Shown piece after piece: positions 37,721 to 40,482 of a stretch of 40,482 nt of DNA (position 1 is its first letter; the number at the start of each line of letters is the position of its first letter). The position numbers were made by a program, and so were the translations under genes. The notes beneath the pieces were generated by a model. That model was not told where the DNA came from and did not search any database. It was given only the letters and a program-made list of their open reading frames with translations. The stretch covers positions 1 to 40,482 of the forward strand of contig QNUZ01000001.1 of assembly GCA_004347865.1 (NCBI GenBank). The letters run 5' to 3'. The stretch is from Archaeoglobi archaeon. GTDB taxonomy: Archaea > Halobacteriota > Archaeoglobi > Archaeoglobales > Archaeoglobaceae.

Positions 37721-38227
37721 ATGGCTGTTGGCGAAAGAATTGTTAGGGCCTTAAACCAGCAGTTGAACAGGGAACTATACTCGGGATACCTCTACCTCTC
37801 GATGGCCGCGTATTTCGAATCTCTGGGTCTGAGAGGCTTTGCAAATTGGATGAAAGTTCAGTCGCAGGAGGAGCTAATGCATGCGATGAAGTTTTTTGAC
37901 TACATAGCCAGGAGAGGGGGCAGAGTTGAGCTTTTTGAAATTGAGGAACCACCCAAGAGCTGGAGTTCTCCTTTAAATGCGTTTGAATATGGTCTTGAGC
38001 ACGAAAGAAAGGTTACCCAGCTCATCAGCGATCTCGTTGAACTCGCAATCGCTGAAAAGGATCATTCAACATTCAACATGCTTCAATGGTTTGTGAAGGA
38101 GCAGGTAGAAGAGGAGGAAAGCTTTGATGAAATTGTTGAAAAGCTTAGAATGGCCAAAGATAATAATATGATTCTTCTTATGATTGATCGTGAGCTGGGG
38201 GAGAGAAAATTTGGAGGTGGAGAATGA
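37721..38227 (+). CDS. ftn: Ferritin (non-haem Ftn type)
   Basis: LNQQLNRELYSGYLYLSMAAYFESLGLRGFANWMKVQSQEELMHAMK...QWFVKEQVEEE, the ferroxidase-centre ligand pattern. Confidence 0.9.
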   Translation: MAVGERIVRALNQQLNRELYSGYLYLSMAAYFESLGLRGFANWMKVQSQEELMHAMKFFDYIARRGGRVELFEIEEPPKSWSSPLNAFEYGLEHERKVTQLISDLVELAIAEKDHSTFNMLQWFVKEQVEEEESFDEIVEKLRMAKDNNMILLMIDRELGERKFGGGE

Positions 38228-38736
38228 ATCTTTCTGCTCTCTACAAAATTAGTTATGGGCTCTACATTGTTACTTCGGTGAAGGAGAACAAGTTTGCAGG
38301 CCAGATTGCAAACACGGTTTTCCAAGTGACTTCTGACCCGCCGAAGATTGCGGTTTGCTTGAACAAAAGGAATACCACTCATGAGTTTTTAAGCAGCAGC
38401 AGGGTATTTGGAGTGACCGTTCTCAAAAAAGACACACCTATGCAGTTTATTGGAAAATTCGGGTTCAAAAGCAGTAGAGATGTTAACAAATTCGAGGGTG
38501 TAAACTTCAAAGTAGGTAAAACTGGAGCTCCGCTCGTCTTGGATCACGCCGTAGCAATTCTTGAAGCTGAGGTGAAAGGAGAATGCGACGTCGGAACACA
38601 CACGATCTTCATAGGCGAGCTTGTCGACGCAGAAATCATAAGCGAAGCAGAAGTGATGACCTATGCCCATTATCACTTCATAAAGGGTGGAAAGGCTCCC
38701 AAAACTGCTCCCGTATATATCGCCCAAAAGCAGTAA
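38224..38736 (+). CDS. Flavin reductase-like protein, FeR-type NAD(P)H:flavin/ferric reductase
   Basis: 170 aa. YKISYGLYIVTS...GQIANTVFQVTS.PPKIAVCLNK...FIGKFGFKSS...CDVGTHTIFIGELVDAE is the FMN-binding split-barrel pattern of the Archaeoglobus fulgidus ferric reductase family. ATGA overlap with ftn. Confidence 0.75.
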   Translation: MNLSALYKISYGLYIVTSVKENKFAGQIANTVFQVTSDPPKIAVCLNKRNTTHEFLSSSRVFGVTVLKKDTPMQFIGKFGFKSSRDVNKFEGVNFKVGKTGAPLVLDHAVAILEAEVKGECDVGTHTIFIGELVDAEIISEAEVMTYAHYHFIKGGKAPKTAPVYIAQKQ

Positions 38737-38757
38737 CCAATAGCCTACAACTGAAAG

Positions 38758-38814
38758 CCTCCTTTGGGGGCGAGAGGAGGTCAGGTGAAATCGAGAGTAA
38801 AGCCTGCGTTTTTT
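38758..38814 (+). terminator. Possible terminator: hairpin cctcct...aggagg followed by an oligo-T run
   Basis: A 6-bp GC-rich stem (38758-38763 / 38775-38780), then TTTTTT at 38809-38814, in the convergent gap between the ferric reductase and the sensor gene. Confidence 0.3.
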
Positions 38815-38839
38815 AGACCTTGGGATCGACGCAAGCGTT

Positions 38840-40078
38840 TCAGGAGCTCTCCTCTCTTTTTGTTATCAGGAATGTGGTCATCTCTTGGCTTCTGAGTTCT
38901 TCTATGGTTTTCATCATCCTTTCCAGCTGGTTTTTGATTTCATCCAGCACTTTTTCGATTCCAACCTCATCTTTTATTTCAAGGTACCCTAACGCAATAG
39001 CTAGGGGATTTCTCAGTTTATCTGCTAGATTTTCGAAGTGTCTTAGGTTTTCGTAAATAATATCAGACATTATCTTCCTGTCAAGTTCAGCATTATAGTG
39101 TTCAATTCCGAGTCCTATATCCTCCCCAAGTTGCAAGAAGACTCTCATTTCGTTTTCATCCAGTTCTCCCACAGAACACAAAGCCAGAACTCCGAGAAGT
39201 TTACCCGCATGTGTGAACGGGATTATAAGACTTTTGCTCTTTGAATTTTTACATTTGCAGATCCCGTATCTAAATCTTGGGTCCTCAAACGCTGTGCATT
39301 CCAGAATGTTCGGCACGGCTTCGACCAGCTTTCCCTGCTTTTTTATCCATATCGCTGATTTGATTCCGTAATTTTTCAGAATACTCCAAACCTTTTGAAG
39401 GAGGGCGTATTCGTCTTTTTCTTTGAAAATTTGCTGATTTACTTCTGTAAGAATTTTTAGAGCCTGATTAGTTTTCTCTAGCTGCTGTTGAAGTATAAAC
39501 CTGTCGGTAATATCTCTGGCAACTCCTTCTCCTCCTATTATCTTTCCACCGACAACTCGTGGCCACTCCAGCACTTCTATATATTTTGTCTCGCCTTTGG
39601 CAGTCTTTGCCTTAAAAGTAAACCTGACACTCTCACCCTTTAGAACTTTCTTAAAATTCTCTCTCAGCATCTCAATCTGGTCTTCAAACGCTATGATCCT
39701 TGTGGTTTTACCTATAAGTTCTTCTCGGTTGTATCCCACCACCTCATAAGTCTGATTCACGTCAACGAATCTTCCTTTTTCATCGAGTATGAAGAAGAAG
39801 TCTTTACCACTTTTGAAAAACTTCTCATAGACTCTCAGGGAATCCAAATTTTTTTGCTCTTCTGTGTAGTCCACCGCAACAGTTAGAATATACTTGCTGA
39901 ATTTAATTGAAATTAATTTATATACTTTATTGTCTATAACCAGCTTCTCTCTGCCGACAACGTCTTTTGGACTAAAGCCAATTTTTTTGGCCTCTTCGTT
40001 TGCGTATAGAATACTCTTTTCGTCTGAAATTATTACCGGAAGTGGCAAGCGGTCCACAACTTCTTGGAGATTGATCAC
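38840..40078 (-). CDS. PAS-PAS-GAF sensor protein with a degenerate DHp/H-box and no HATPase domain
   Basis: Two PAS-like modules (VIISDEKSILYANEEA..., FFILDEKGRFVDVNQTYEVVGYNREELIG...), a GAF-like module, then FENLADKLRNPLAIALGYLEI. This resembles the archaeal H-box (S)HDLRNPL, but with D in place of the phospho-His. The ORF ends about 45 aa later. Confidence 0.65.
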   Translation of the reverse strand: MINLQEVVDRLPLPVIISDEKSILYANEEAKKIGFSPKDVVGREKLVIDNKVYKLISIKFSKYILTVAVDYTEEQKNLDSLRVYEKFFKSGKDFFFILDEKGRFVDVNQTYEVVGYNREELIGKTTRIIAFEDQIEMLRENFKKVLKGESVRFTFKAKTAKGETKYIEVLEWPRVVGGKIIGGEGVARDITDRFILQQQLEKTNQALKILTEVNQQIFKEKDEYALLQKVWSILKNYGIKSAIWIKKQGKLVEAVPNILECTAFEDPRFRYGICKCKNSKSKSLIIPFTHAGKLLGVLALCSVGELDENEMRVFLQLGEDIGLGIEHYNAELDRKIMSDIIYENLRHFENLADKLRNPLAIALGYLEIKDEVGIEKVLDEIKNQLERMMKTIEELRSQEMTTFLITKREESS

Positions 40079-40164
40079 AATTATACTTTTGACTATGGTA
40101 TTTAAACCTTTCCAATTATAATAATACTAATTACAATATTAATTACAATTACAATTTTAATTAC

Positions 40165-40482
40165 ATAAAACTCGACGAGAAAGCCTACGGTTTTAACCGT
40201 GGGATTGTCGATATGCTTGTGCAATAGACCTTGAAAAATACATTGAAGCCCGAAAAAGTGTCTGAAGTGAAGAGAACGAACACTTTCATGGTCGAAGGCT
40301 GTCCCGCCTTATGGGAACTCGCTGACAGCTGCGCCAGGCTGTACAATGAGCTGAACTTTGAAAGGAGGCATGCATACATGCGCTGCAGGCGTTTCGAGTG
40401 GTACCCCAAGCACCTCTGCGAAAAATACGCTCCGCTTATAGGCTCGGCAACAGCCCAGCAGATAATAAACAAGAACAACGAA
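40165..40482 (+). mobile_element. Left end of an IS200/IS605-family, tnpB-only (IS1341-like) element; continues beyond the window
   Basis: A subterminal perfect hairpin acggtt-tt-aaccgt (40187-40200) lies about 65 nt upstream of a tnpB-like ORF. A TTAC tetranucleotide sits 23 nt 5' of the hairpin. No tnpA lies between them. The exact boundary is inferred. Confidence 0.5.
40267..40482 (+). CDS. tnpB: TnpB / IS605 OrfB-family RNA-guided nuclease, N-terminal fragment (runs off the window)
   Basis: The frame is open from 40228 to the window end. Translation is (M)KRTNTFMVEGCPALWELADSCARLYNELNFERRHAYMRCRRFEWYPKHLCEKYAPLIGSATAQQIINKNNE, which resembles archaeal OrfB N-termini (...LYN..N..RR......Y......L.S..AQ..I.K). 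It is not in the ORF track. GTG 40267 is the chosen start; TTG 40231/40243 and ATG 40288 are also possible. Confidence 0.6.
   Translation, partial: MKRTNTFMVEGCPALWELADSCARLYNELNFERRHAYMRCRRFEWYPKHLCEKYAPLIGSATAQQIINKNNE

Noticed and set aside
40121-40166. Short AATTACA repeats as a possible CRISPR or tandem-repeat array.
   Set aside because: The units are only 6-7 nt with irregular 7-12 nt spacing. There is no 25-40 nt repeat/spacer architecture anywhere in the window.

Overview
This window looks like a gene-dense chromosomal segment from a hyperthermophilic euryarchaeon, most likely an Archaeoglobales relative. The lineage call is an inference from gene content: Topo VI-A, Pelota, LSm-L37e, AglB, RtcB, an FeR-type ferric reductase next to ferritin, and an exact Archaeoglobus HSR1-type operator upstream of hsp20. 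Most of the 40 kb is ordinary housekeeping: tyrS, aspS, purF, argG, pyrC, rpiA, surE, serB, mtnA, tldD/pmbA, tatA, two tRNAs and others.

The part that ordinary annotation does not explain is a dispersed, apparently non-coding repeat family.
- There are three clear copies: 1-123 (+, cut by the window edge), 6391-6612 (+) and 18729-18906 (-).
- A more diverged relative lies inside a 460-bp gene-free gap at 24540-24998 (-).
- The two copies whose 5' ends are visible carry the same BRE/TATA-like box.
- The family exists as a long and a short variant that differ by a 64-nt block bounded by CCGG.
- It has no conserved reading frame.
- Each copy lies directly upstream of, and co-oriented with, the next gene.

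Other points worth a second look:
- a textbook C/D-box sRNA 25 nt downstream of one repeat copy
- a frameshifted malic enzyme gene
- an unlisted 58-aa 2x[4Fe-4S] ferredoxin inside a tightly overlapping trx / wHTH / Fd / hypothetical / serB / CDF gene string
- an orphan FlaI/FlaJ-like (type IV pilus-type) ATPase and membrane pair with no visible pilin
- a PAS-PAS-GAF sensor whose H-box has lost its histidine and which has no ATPase domain
- two paralogous receiver-only response regulators
- the left end plus the 5' part of a tnpB-only IS200/IS605-type element at the right window edge

No CRISPR array, rRNA or obvious defence island was seen. All calls come from reading the sequence and the ORF translations; no database search was run.
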